This document shows, piece by piece, positions 7,642 to 16,412 of a stretch of DNA of 24,361 bases. The stretch's first letter is position 1. Each line of letters opens with the position of its first letter. Under the pieces are notes generated by a model. It did not search any database. It saw nothing but the letters and a program-made list of their open reading frames with translations, and had not been told where the DNA came from. Made by a program: the position numbers and the translations under genes. Origin of the DNA: Pseudomonadota bacterium (GTDB lineage Bacteria > Desulfobacterota > Desulfovibrionia > Desulfovibrionales > Desulfovibrionaceae); NCBI GenBank assembly GCA_023453335.1, contig JAEXTU010000020.1, forward strand, positions 1 through 24,361. Direction: 5' to 3'.

Positions 7642-10266
7642 CTACCTGGCCACCGCGGCCAGGGGGTTCATCCGCCGCGGGATGAGCCCGGCCTCGGCCA
7701 GGGTGTCGGCGAAGTTGAAGAGCAGGTAGTCGTTGAACCGCCGCGCCGTGAGCTGGAGCCCGAAGGGCAGCCCTGCCGGGCCGGAGAAGGCCGGCACCCC
7801 GATGACCGGCAGCCAGGTCATGGTCCACATGAGGCAGGGGTCGGGCTTCTCCACCTCGTGCCGGGCCGGGGCCTCGCCCGCGGTGGACAGGGACACCATC
7901 ACGTCCCAGTCCCTCAGGAACTCGTCCATGTCCGCGGCCAGATCGGCCTGGCGGTCCAAGGCCTTGCGGTACTGCTCCGGGGTCACGGCCAGGCCGCGCT
8001 CCATGAGCTCGTTCATGACCGGCGAGACCTGCTGCCGGTTCTTGTACTCCTCCTGGAAATAGTAGGAGAGGGTCTTGTCGTAGATGGTGCCGTGCACTGC
8101 GTGGGTCTCGGCCATGCTGGCGGGGAGCGTGACCTCCACCACCTCCACCTCGCCGGTGGCGGCCACTGCCTTGGCCCAGGTCAGCAGGGCCTCGCGGGCG
8201 TAGTCCGGGGCGTGCTCCCAGGTGTGGGTGCGGGCCAGGGCCAGCCGCCAGGGACGGCCCGGGGCCTTGTTCTGGCGGGCCTGGTCGGTGAGGGCCGCGT
8301 TGGAGATGGGGTAGTTGTCCCCCTTGACCCGCACCACCTCGAACATGCGGCGCAGGTCCTCCTGCCAGCCGGCGAAGAAGCCCACGGTGTCCAGGGTGTC
8401 GGTGGTCTTGAGGATGCCGGTGCGGGGGATGAGCCCGAAGGAGGGCTTGCACCCGTAGACCCCGCAGAAGCTGGCCGGCCGCATGATGGAGCCCGCGGTC
8501 TGGGTGCCCAGGCTGAGCGGCACCATGCCGGTGGCCACCGCGGTGGCCGAGCCGCTGGAGGAGGTGCCCGGGGTGCGGGAGGCGTCGTGCGGGTTCAAAG
8601 TTTCGGCCAGCAGGGTGTGCACCGCGAACTCGGCGGTGACGGTCTTGCCCGGGACCACCGCCCCGGCCTCCAGCGCGTTGAACACCACCCGGGCGTCGTT
8701 GCCCGGGGTGAAGCCCTGCCACAGGGGAGAGCCCATGCAGGTGGGGAAGTCCCTGGTGTTGAACACGTCCTTGACCCCCACCGGCAGGCCGTGCAGCCAA
8801 CGCAGTGGTTGTCCCTGGGCCGCGCGCTCTTCGGCCGCCTTGGCCTGGCGGCGCAGCACCGCGGGGTCCAGGCAAGTGAAGGCGTGCAGCCCGGGGTCCA
8901 GGCGCTGGATGCGGGCCAGGCAGGCCTCGGCCACCTCGGAGGGGCTGAAGCGGCCCGAGCGGTAGCCGTCGATGATCTGGCCCGCGCTCATCTCCAGGAA
9001 CACCGAATCGGCCGGGGCCTGGTGGGCGGCCGGGGCCACCGGGGCCAGATCCGGGATGGCCAGGGGATGCGGACCCTGGTACCGGTGCTTCTCGATAAGC
9101 TGCTGGGCAAAGGGCAGGATGCGCTCGCGGTTCTTATGGCCCTTGGGCTTCACCGGCAGCTTGAGGCCGCGCAGGGGACCCTTGCGGTGGCCCTCCATGG
9201 TCTTCACTACCTCCTCCTCGGTGAGGCCGGAGATCTTCGTGAAGTAGTCCATGGCCTCGGGCCGCACCGGGTCGAAGCCCTTGACCGTCTCCAGGCCCTC
9301 GTCCCGGATCATGAGGCCGTTACGCACGTCGATGCTGGTGTGGAAGGTGGAGCGGGAGAAGCCGCGCTTGAGGTAGCAGGTGAAGTCGTGCATGCCGGGC
9401 ATCATGCACTCGGCGCTCTTGTAGCCCTTGTAGGTCTGCTCGATCTCGGTTTCCTTCCACCCGAAGTTGTCGCGCACGAACTCGGTCTGGCGCTCGTCGT
9501 CCCAGAAGATGTAGGCCCCCAGGTGGATGCCCTTGACCTGGGCGTTCTCGCACTCCTCGGCGCTGGGCAGGTCGAAGGGCGCCAGCTCCCGGCGCTCGAT
9601 GTAGTCGCAGTCGGCCATCTCCTCCGGGGTCTTGCGGGCCGAGACCTTGAGGAAATACTCCCGGTCGTAGACCACGGGCTGGTAGTAGGAGCCCTGGTTG
9701 CGGCCTTCGGCCGCGTGCTCGCCGTAGACCAGGAGCGGGATGCGGAAGCGCACCGCGATCTGCAGCGGGAAGGTGCCGCAGCCCATGTGGCAGTGCCAGC
9801 AGGTGTCGCCGATCATCTCCAGGGACCGCTTGGACATGCGGTTCACCAGGCCCCGGTTGGGGGTGTAGATGATGTGGTCGACGTTGAAGGTTTCGATGGA
9901 GTTGATGAGGTTGTACCACCCGGTCTCGGAGTACCAGTTGTGGTTGAAGGTCACAGCCAGGGGCCGCACCCCGTAGACCTGGGTGAGCATGTAGAGCTGG
10001 AAGGTGGAGTCCTTGCCGCCGCTGATGGGGATCATGCAGTCGTAGGCCGCGCCGCGGGCCTTGGCGTCGGCCTTGGCCTCCTCCAGGATGGCGCGCAGGG
10101 CGCGCTCGCGCTCGGCCCAGTCGATGTGCATCTTCTCCTCGGAGGAGCGGCAGGCCTGGCAGATGCCCACCTCGTCGAAGGTGATACCCTCGTCGGTCTC
10201 GGGGAAGCAGCAGCGCACGCAGTAGCGCATGGTCTTGTCGAACAGGGGGGTGGGCCGCTTGGACAT
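7642..10266 (-). CDS. Fusion protein: N-acetyl sugar amidotransferase (WbuX/PseA-like, PP-loop) plus C-terminal amidase-signature domain, 874 aa
   Basis: GGAGG RBS. N-terminal ~370 aa: CVRC...CQAC, YDCMIPISGGKDS, CWHCH, YGE, KRGFSR, DVRNGLMIRDEG. C-terminal ~450 aa: LHGLPVGVKD, GKTVTAEFA, NPHD...PGTSSSGS, GTQTAGSIMRPASFCGVYGCKPSFG, GLPFGLQL. One continuous frame. Confidence 0.92.
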   Translation of the reverse strand: MSKRPTPLFDKTMRYCVRCCFPETDEGITFDEVGICQACRSSEEKMHIDWAERERALRAILEEAKADAKARGAAYDCMIPISGGKDSTFQLYMLTQVYGVRPLAVTFNHNWYSETGWYNLINSIETFNVDHIIYTPNRGLVNRMSKRSLEMIGDTCWHCHMGCGTFPLQIAVRFRIPLLVYGEHAAEGRNQGSYYQPVVYDREYFLKVSARKTPEEMADCDYIERRELAPFDLPSAEECENAQVKGIHLGAYIFWDDERQTEFVRDNFGWKETEIEQTYKGYKSAECMMPGMHDFTCYLKRGFSRSTFHTSIDVRNGLMIRDEGLETVKGFDPVRPEAMDYFTKISGLTEEEVVKTMEGHRKGPLRGLKLPVKPKGHKNRERILPFAQQLIEKHRYQGPHPLAIPDLAPVAPAAHQAPADSVFLEMSAGQIIDGYRSGRFSPSEVAEACLARIQRLDPGLHAFTCLDPAVLRRQAKAAEERAAQGQPLRWLHGLPVGVKDVFNTRDFPTCMGSPLWQGFTPGNDARVVFNALEAGAVVPGKTVTAEFAVHTLLAETLNPHDASRTPGTSSSGSATAVATGMVPLSLGTQTAGSIMRPASFCGVYGCKPSFGLIPRTGILKTTDTLDTVGFFAGWQEDLRRMFEVVRVKGDNYPISNAALTDQARQNKAPGRPWRLALARTHTWEHAPDYAREALLTWAKAVAATGEVEVVEVTLPASMAETHAVHGTIYDKTLSYYFQEEYKNRQQVSPVMNELMERGLAVTPEQYRKALDRQADLAADMDEFLRDWDVMVSLSTAGEAPARHEVEKPDPCLMWTMTWLPVIGVPAFSGPAGLPFGLQLTARRFNDYLLFNFADTLAEAGLIPRRMNPLAAVAR

Positions 10267-10281
10267 GGATGGATCCTCCGC

Positions 10282-11466
10282 CTATCTCCGGTGGTTCACT
10301 GCTTGGGGGGTGAAGAGGTTCGCGTCGAGCGCGACCTCGGTGAAGTTGATCTTGCGCTTGATGAAGTCCACGTCGGCCCGTTGTCCCTTGGCCGCGGCGA
10401 TGGCCGCGGCCAGGTCCTCGCGGGTGGACACGAACCGACCGCCCCAGTTCTCCACCGGGGTCATGCGCGGATATATCTTCTGGTACTCCTCGGAGTACCG
10501 GCAGTACTCGATGACCGGCACCCCGCAGGAGAGCACGTAGTACTCGGCCGAGGACTCGCCGGTGGAAAAGGCCAGGATGGACTTCTCGGCCAGCACGGTG
10601 ATGGGCTCGTAGGCGATGACGATGTTCTCGTCGGCGTACTGCTCACGGAGCATCTCCTCGGTGAGGAAATAGCCGCCCTTCTGGTACTTGGGCTTGAGCA
10701 CGATGAGGGTGTCCGGGTGCTCCTTGCGCACCGCCCGGATGATGTCGTCGATGAGCACGTCCACGTCCGAGCCCGGGGCGAACAGGTAGTTGCCCTTGCG
10801 CAGCACCAGCACCAGGACGATCTCCTTGGCCGCGGCCACCTTGGGATGGTCGAAGCGCGGCGGGTGCTGCCGCATGAAGGCCTTCCACCAGGGCTGCATG
10901 TGCGGCGCGGGCACCAGCACCAGGTTCTGGTAGTCCAGGGTGTCGTAGATGCGCATCTCGTCCAGGTTCTGGGCCAGGACGCTTTTCACCTTCACCTTGG
11001 CCGTGGCCAGCTCCTTGGTCTTGCCCATGGCCGCCCACTGCTCGGCCGTGACCTGGGTCACGCAGCGCTCGCGCTCCTCGTCGATGAAGGCCGAGGACAC
11101 CCCGCGGGTGTGCCAGGCGTTCTTCATGCGGTCGAAGAACCGGGCGAACCCGTAGCCCGCGGCCTTGTCTGGCAGAAAGACCAGGAGCCCCGGGGACAGG
11201 GCCAGGCGCAGGAGCAGCCAGGCCCGGCGCAGGCGGCGGCGCCAGTGGTCCCAGCGGGTCCTGGGCCAGTCCGGCTCCAGGCGCACCAGCTCGGTCAGGT
11301 CCTCGAGCCAGTGCCGCCAGGCCCCGTGCCCGCCCACCGACTCCCAGGACTTGTGGTCCTGGAACACCACGGTGGTCGGGTGCCCCTGGCCGGCCAGGGC
11401 CAGCACGATGGGCAGGTTGGTGTCGTTGCGGCCGTATTCCCGGCCCGCGAAATACACGATGCGCAC
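10282..11466 (-). CDS. Hypothetical protein, possibly a GT-B-fold transferase, 394 aa
   Basis: GTG at 11466, 2 nt after the upstream stop; the ORF-track start at 12201 is overextended and the RBS is weak. C-terminal LIVLKPK...SSAEYYVLSCGVPVIEY pattern is reminiscent of GT-B C-terminal domains. Confidence 0.55.
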   Translation of the reverse strand: MRIVYFAGREYGRNDTNLPIVLALAGQGHPTTVVFQDHKSWESVGGHGAWRHWLEDLTELVRLEPDWPRTRWDHWRRRLRRAWLLLRLALSPGLLVFLPDKAAGYGFARFFDRMKNAWHTRGVSSAFIDEERERCVTQVTAEQWAAMGKTKELATAKVKVKSVLAQNLDEMRIYDTLDYQNLVLVPAPHMQPWWKAFMRQHPPRFDHPKVAAAKEIVLVLVLRKGNYLFAPGSDVDVLIDDIIRAVRKEHPDTLIVLKPKYQKGGYFLTEEMLREQYADENIVIAYEPITVLAEKSILAFSTGESSAEYYVLSCGVPVIEYCRYSEEYQKIYPRMTPVENWGGRFVSTREDLAAAIAAAKGQRADVDFIKRKINFTEVALDANLFTPQAVNHRR

Positions 11467-11468
11467 GC

Positions 11469-12530
11469 CTATTTCCCCAGGATGTAGCGGTGGTCGCCCT
11501 CGCCCCACATGAGGCGGTCCTGTTCGGTCCCGTTCTGGGCCAGCCAGTCGATGTCCGTGGCCACCCCGCGCGAACAACGGGTCCAGGCCGTGAACCCGGT
11601 CTCCGCAAAGAGCTGCTCCAGCTCCGCCTTGGTGGAATGGGCCTCGATGGGCACGTACCAGGTGTCGCAGAAGATGAAGCGGTTCCGGGGCATGCCGATG
11701 AGCCGCAGCACCTCCATGGCCAGGCCCTGGGGGATCTTCTTCATGAAGGTGTTCATGAGCCGCCGCGCGGTCCAGAAGAGCCCGCCCGCGCCGTACACGT
11801 AGTACCAGGCCGCGCCGCCCTTCCTGAGCACCCGGAAGGCCTCCCGGGTGCCCCGGGGGATGTCCCCGGTGTGGTGGATGGTGCCGTTGGCGTACACGAA
11901 ATCGAAGGACTCGTCGCTGAAGGGCAGGTCCAGGAGCGAGCCCTTCCTGAGGGTGACGTTGGCCACCCCCAGGTCGGCGATGAGCCGGTTGCCGAAGGCC
12001 AGGCCCCCGTCGCCGAAGTCCACGCCCACCACCTCGCCCGCGCCCAGCCGGGACAGGGCGATGGAGTAGCGGCCCGAGCCGCAGCCCGCGTCCAGCACCC
12101 GCTTGCCCGCGAACAGGCCCAGGTCCACCCCGTTGTCCACCAGCCGGGTGCGCAACATGGCCGTGGCCTCGTCCACGATGTCCGCGGGGAACTCGTTCCA
12201 CAGCGCGCCGTAGACCTTGCCGGTGGCCTCCTTGAGCTCACACTCCGCCGGGTCCTTGCACCACTTGGCGAAGTCCTGGGCATAGGCCCCGATGCCCTCG
12301 AACTGGCCGAGCACCGCGGCGCCCCGGTCCAGCACGTCGGCGCAGACCTCCAGGGGATGGCGGCCCTCCTGTCCCACGGGCCGGGGAATGTAGGGGTCGG
12401 TGGGGTACATGTTGCGGAAGAGCTCGTGCATGAGCACCACCACCAGGGCGGGATGCCGCTGCCAGCCCGCCTCGCAGGCGGCCATGAAGCGTTCCAGGCG
12501 GTCCGTGATATCCTTGGGCAGCGCGGTCAT
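11469..12530 (-). CDS. Class I SAM-dependent methyltransferase with N-terminal extension, 353 aa
   Basis: ATG at 12530 (ATGA overlap, GAGGTG upstream); motif I VLDAGCGSG, VVGVD, LPFSDESFDFV, HH, RVLRKGG. Confidence 0.9.
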   Translation of the reverse strand: MTALPKDITDRLERFMAACEAGWQRHPALVVVLMHELFRNMYPTDPYIPRPVGQEGRHPLEVCADVLDRGAAVLGQFEGIGAYAQDFAKWCKDPAECELKEATGKVYGALWNEFPADIVDEATAMLRTRLVDNGVDLGLFAGKRVLDAGCGSGRYSIALSRLGAGEVVGVDFGDGGLAFGNRLIADLGVANVTLRKGSLLDLPFSDESFDFVYANGTIHHTGDIPRGTREAFRVLRKGGAAWYYVYGAGGLFWTARRLMNTFMKKIPQGLAMEVLRLIGMPRNRFIFCDTWYVPIEAHSTKAELEQLFAETGFTAWTRCSRGVATDIDWLAQNGTEQDRLMWGEGDHRYILGK

Positions 12531-13573
12531 GCCTTCACCTCGCCGCCCTCGGGCAGCTTGACCACGAAGAAGGACTGGCCGCAGGCCTTGCACTCCTTGT
12601 GGGAATAGGCCCCAGCCCGCACGTCGGCGCGGATCTGCCTGAGCAGGGGGCTGTTCACGAAGATGTCCCGCAGGTCGTCGGTGAGCACGTTGCCCAGCAC
12701 GATGTTGCGCCCGTAGATGGAGCAGCAGGGGTGCACGTCCCCCTTGGAGTCGATGGTCAGCTTCTTGAAGACCTCCTCGCAGACCATGGGCTTGTTCACC
12801 GCGCCGGGCGGGATGATGGGGTCCAGCCGGTCGTAGACCTTGTAGAAGGGCTGGATCTCCACGTAGTCCACCACGTCCTTGAAGGCCTCCACAAAGGCCC
12901 GGGCCTCGTGCACGTTGTGCCTGGAGGGCACCAGGGAGGCCCGGGTGCGGGGCATGACCCCGCCGGTCATCTCCTGGCGGATGTCCCGGAAGCGCCGGAT
13001 GTTGGCGTTCACCGTGTCCCAGTTGCCGCCCTTGCGCACCAGGGCGTAGGTCTCGGGCGTGGCCGCGTCCACCGAGAAGAGCAGGTGGGTGAGCCCGGCG
13101 GCGATGACCCTGCGGGCCAGGTCCGCGGTGAGCATGGTGGCGTTGGTGGTCATGAGCACGTCCATGATGCCCGCGTCCACGCAGAGCTTGATGCGCTCGG
13201 CAATGTCCCGGGCCAGGGTGGGCTCGCCCAGCCAGTTGAGGCCGATGGAGGGCAGCCGGTACTTGGCGGCCTGCTCCAGAATGGCGTCCAGGATGTGCCG
13301 GGGCATGATGCCCTGGTCGTACTTGGCCGCCATCTCCGCCTCGATGTCCTGGCAGTGCTCGCCGTGGATGCAGCTCACGCACTTCAGGTTGCAGGAGAAG
13401 GCGGTCTCGATGGTGATGTAGAGCGGGAACTCCAACTCGGGACCTAAGTCCTTCCAGGGGGTGTACCAGAGGGTGCGGTAGGCGGCGTAGCGCTCGCCGA
13501 ACCGCTCCCGCTGCCGGGCCTCGAAGGCGTCCCGGCCCTTCTCGATGATCTGCGCGAGGTCGTATTGGCCCAT
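12527..13573 (-). CDS. Radical SAM protein with SPASM/twitch C-terminal domain, 348 aa
   Basis: CNLKCVSC, GEPTL, MTTNATML, FSVDA; C-terminal C...LTIDSKGDVHPCC...LGNV...CKAC. Confidence 0.9.
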   Translation of the reverse strand: MGQYDLAQIIEKGRDAFEARQRERFGERYAAYRTLWYTPWKDLGPELEFPLYITIETAFSCNLKCVSCIHGEHCQDIEAEMAAKYDQGIMPRHILDAILEQAAKYRLPSIGLNWLGEPTLARDIAERIKLCVDAGIMDVLMTTNATMLTADLARRVIAAGLTHLLFSVDAATPETYALVRKGGNWDTVNANIRRFRDIRQEMTGGVMPRTRASLVPSRHNVHEARAFVEAFKDVVDYVEIQPFYKVYDRLDPIIPPGAVNKPMVCEEVFKKLTIDSKGDVHPCCSIYGRNIVLGNVLTDDLRDIFVNSPLLRQIRADVRAGAYSHKECKACGQSFFVVKLPEGGEVKA

Positions 13574-13575
13574 GT

Positions 13576-15381
13576 TCAGCCCTTCTTCTTGAGCACCAGG
13601 AACCCGTTCATGGACAGCCCGTCGAGGTCGGAGTTCTCCAGGGTGTAGAGCGCCTCCTTGGGGCCGAGCACGATGGGGTCGCCGTGCAGGTTGAAGCTGG
13701 TGTTCAGGATGCCGCCCACCCCGGTGAGCTTCTCGAACTCGCTGATGATGGCGTGGTAGGCGGGGTTGGTGGCCTTGCGCACCACCTGGGGCCGGGCGGT
13801 GAAGTCCGCCGGGTGCAGGGCGGCCACCAGCTCCTGGCGGGCCAGGGGGGTGCTCTCGAAGGCCATGGTCATGAAGTGGGGGATCACGTTCTTGGGGTTG
13901 ACCACGTAGTCCGCGGCGCGCTCCTCCAGGATGCTCGGGGTGAAGGGCATCCAGAAGTCGCGGAACTTGATGGCCTGGTTGATCTTGCGCACCGTGTCGT
14001 GGCTGCGCGGGTCGGCCATGATGGAGCGGTTACCCAGGGCGCGCAGGCCGAACTCCATGCGGCCGGAGCAGCGGGCGATGATGTTGCCTCCAGCCAGCTC
14101 CCGGGCCACGTCCGCGGCGGTGGCCCCGCGCCGGACCTCGTAGGCCGCGGCGGCGGGGTCCGCGGCCAGGGCGGCCTCGATGTCCGCATCCGTGAACTCG
14201 GGGCCCAGGTACACGCTCTGCAGGGGCTCGATGGCCGTGGGGTCCTGGCCCGCCTCCTTCATCCGCTTCCAGGTGGCGAAGTAGGCCGCGCCGATGGACA
14301 CCGAGGAGTCGCCGGCCGCGGGCGCGATGAAGATGTCCGCGATCTCGGGCAGCTCCATGATGGACTTGCCGGCCTTGATGTTCTGGGCCACGCCGCCGGA
14401 AAAGACCACCCGGTTGAGCCCGCTGGCCGCCACCGCGTTCTGGAACCACTGGCAGAGCAGGGGCTCGGTCATCTTCTCCACCGCGCCGGCGATGCCGTCG
14501 AAGCGGTGCCCCTCCAGGGCCTCCCGGAAGTGGTAGTAGAGGTCGCCCGGCCGCTGGTCGAACACGATGTTCAGGCCGTCCACCTTGAGGACCTTCTCGA
14601 AGACCTTCCAGCTCTTCTCCAGCTCCTTCACGTTGGCGTAGGGCGCCAGGCCCATGATCTTGTACTCGTGCTGGGAGGGCTTGAGCCCCAGCCAGAGGCA
14701 GGCGTACTGGTAGATGTGGCCGATGTGGTTCTCATGGTTGGCGGCCAACTCGCGCCGGCCGGCCCGCGCGTCCATCACCGACACCGAGCCGTTGGAGTAG
14801 TCGCCGCAGCCCTCCGCGGTCAGGGACAGGACCTGGTCCCGCCAGGGGCTGGCGAAGTAGGCGTAGAAGTTGTGGCAGTCCTCGTGGGTCACCACCTTGA
14901 CCTTGTCCACGGGCACGCCGAGCTCCCGGGCCACGGTGGACAGGCGGATATCCTGCATCTCGATCATGTCCTGCTGGCTCATGTAGCTGCCCAGCAGGTG
15001 GTCCATGGGATAGGTGTCGTCGTAGCGGAAATTGGGGCGGTCCTTGTACAGGTCGTAGTAGTTGACCAGCTTGCCCTCGAACATCTTGGGCTTCCAGAAG
15101 GCCCGCTGCTCCAGCACCCAGTCGTCCACGCTGAAGTTGGCGTTGCGCTTCACCTTGGTGAGCACCGGGTTCCACTTCTCAGTGGCCAGGGCCACCTCGT
15201 CGATGTCCTTGGCCGCGAGGCCCGCGGCCTTCAAGCAGGCGGCGATGGCCTGGCGGGGGTAGCCGTAGTCGCCCTTGAGCCCGGAGAATCGTTCCTCCTG
15301 GGCCGCAGCCACCACCTTGCCGTCCACCATGAGCGCCGCCGAGGCGTCGTGCGCCTCCTGGATTCCCAAAATCACGTGCAT
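13576..15381 (-). CDS. Carbamoyltransferase (NodU/CmcH/TobZ family), copy 2, 601 aa
   Basis: ILGI..AHDASAAL, QEERFS..K, HEDCH, EYKIMGLAPY, SGGVAQNIK, AAGDS, GRMEFGLRALGNRSI, NTSFNLHGDPIV. Confidence 0.92.
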   Translation of the reverse strand: MHVILGIQEAHDASAALMVDGKVVAAAQEERFSGLKGDYGYPRQAIAACLKAAGLAAKDIDEVALATEKWNPVLTKVKRNANFSVDDWVLEQRAFWKPKMFEGKLVNYYDLYKDRPNFRYDDTYPMDHLLGSYMSQQDMIEMQDIRLSTVARELGVPVDKVKVVTHEDCHNFYAYFASPWRDQVLSLTAEGCGDYSNGSVSVMDARAGRRELAANHENHIGHIYQYACLWLGLKPSQHEYKIMGLAPYANVKELEKSWKVFEKVLKVDGLNIVFDQRPGDLYYHFREALEGHRFDGIAGAVEKMTEPLLCQWFQNAVAASGLNRVVFSGGVAQNIKAGKSIMELPEIADIFIAPAAGDSSVSIGAAYFATWKRMKEAGQDPTAIEPLQSVYLGPEFTDADIEAALAADPAAAAYEVRRGATAADVARELAGGNIIARCSGRMEFGLRALGNRSIMADPRSHDTVRKINQAIKFRDFWMPFTPSILEERAADYVVNPKNVIPHFMTMAFESTPLARQELVAALHPADFTARPQVVRKATNPAYHAIISEFEKLTGVGGILNTSFNLHGDPIVLGPKEALYTLENSDLDGLSMNGFLVLKKKG

Positions 15382-15382
15382 G

Positions 15383-16402
15383 TCACGACTCCCTCTCGTC
15401 CAGATTGTCCGGTAGGATCATCTCGCCCGGGGCCAGGGGCCGCGTCAGGCGCTTGCCCAGCACCTCGGCCTCGCGGCCCGGGGCCATTCCGCCGCCCGGC
15501 CGCACCCAGGAGAGATGCTCCATCCCCAGCACCGCGCCCGCGGCCAGGGGGACCTTGGCCACGATGGAGCGCCGGTTGGGGGTCTTGCTCGTCTTCTCGC
15601 ACCCGCTCATGCCCTTGCCCGGCCGGCCGAGCAGGGCCTCCACCTCGCGCACCCGGCGCACCAATTCCTTAAGGTCGGCCGGGTCCGCGGACAACTGGTG
15701 GTCGTCGAAGTCCGAGTAGTTCTTGTCCACGGTGAAGTGCTTCTCGATGATGCGCGCGCCCACCGCCACCGCGGCCACCGCGGCCTCGATGCCCAGGGTG
15801 TGGTCCGAGTAGCCCGGGGTCACGCCCAGGCCGGCCAGGGCGCGGATGGCCAGCAGGTTGGCGTCCTCCTCCGGCGTGGGGTAGCAGGACACGCAGTGCA
15901 GGATGGCCAGGTCCTGGCTCACCCCCTGCTCCTGCCAAACGCCGCGAATGAAGTCGCGGGAGCGCGCAACCTCCTCCAGCTCCATGAGCCCGGCGGACAT
16001 GACGATGGGCTTGCCGGTCTGGGCCACCGCGCGCAGGAGCGGGAAGAAGTCGTTGTCCCCCGAGGCGATCTTGAAGGCCGGAACCAGTCCGTCCAGGAAG
16101 CGCACCGCGTCCAGGTCAAAGGGCGTGGACATGAAGAGCGTGCCGCAGGAGGCGGCCAGCCCGGCCAGCTGGGCGAACTGGTCGTAGGAGAAACGGAACT
16201 TCTCCAGCTGCGCCACCCGGGCGGCCTGGGACGCGCTGACCAGCTCCACCGGGTTGATGGTCTGGAACTTCACCGCATCGGCCCCGGCCTCGGCCGCGGC
16301 CCGCACCATGTCCTGGGCCAGGCCGAAGTCGCCCTCGTGGTTGTTGCCGATTTCGGCGATGATGAACACCCGCTCGTCGGTGTCGTGGTTGGCGATCTTC
16401 AT
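15383..16402 (-). CDS. neuB: N-acetylneuraminate synthase family (NeuB/SpsE/PseI/LegI-type nonulosonate synthase) with C-terminal SAF domain, 339 aa
   Basis: AGGAGG RBS; IIAEIGNNHEGD, ADAVKFQT, FKIASGD, LHCVSCYPT, GYSDHT, IEKHFT, RRSIV...RPGGG. The symbol is a family-level call; the sugar made is not determined. Confidence 0.93.
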   Translation of the reverse strand: MKIANHDTDERVFIIAEIGNNHEGDFGLAQDMVRAAAEAGADAVKFQTINPVELVSASQAARVAQLEKFRFSYDQFAQLAGLAASCGTLFMSTPFDLDAVRFLDGLVPAFKIASGDNDFFPLLRAVAQTGKPIVMSAGLMELEEVARSRDFIRGVWQEQGVSQDLAILHCVSCYPTPEEDANLLAIRALAGLGVTPGYSDHTLGIEAAVAAVAVGARIIEKHFTVDKNYSDFDDHQLSADPADLKELVRRVREVEALLGRPGKGMSGCEKTSKTPNRRSIVAKVPLAAGAVLGMEHLSWVRPGGGMAPGREAEVLGKRLTRPLAPGEMILPDNLDERES

Positions 16403-16412
16403 GCTGTTCCTC

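Noticed and set aside
7642..9010. gatA of a GatCAB tRNA amidotransferase
   Set aside because: No gatB/gatC nearby, the motifs differ from GatA, and the domain is fused to a sugar amidotransferase.
6976..11487. 1503-aa plus-strand ORF and other long plus-strand ORFs (269..1939, 1798..3966, 13684..15672, 17709..19601, 19571..21250, 21286..22716)
   Set aside because: They are antisense shadows of well-supported minus-strand genes; high GC3 suppresses stops on the opposite strand, and the translations carry no family motifs.
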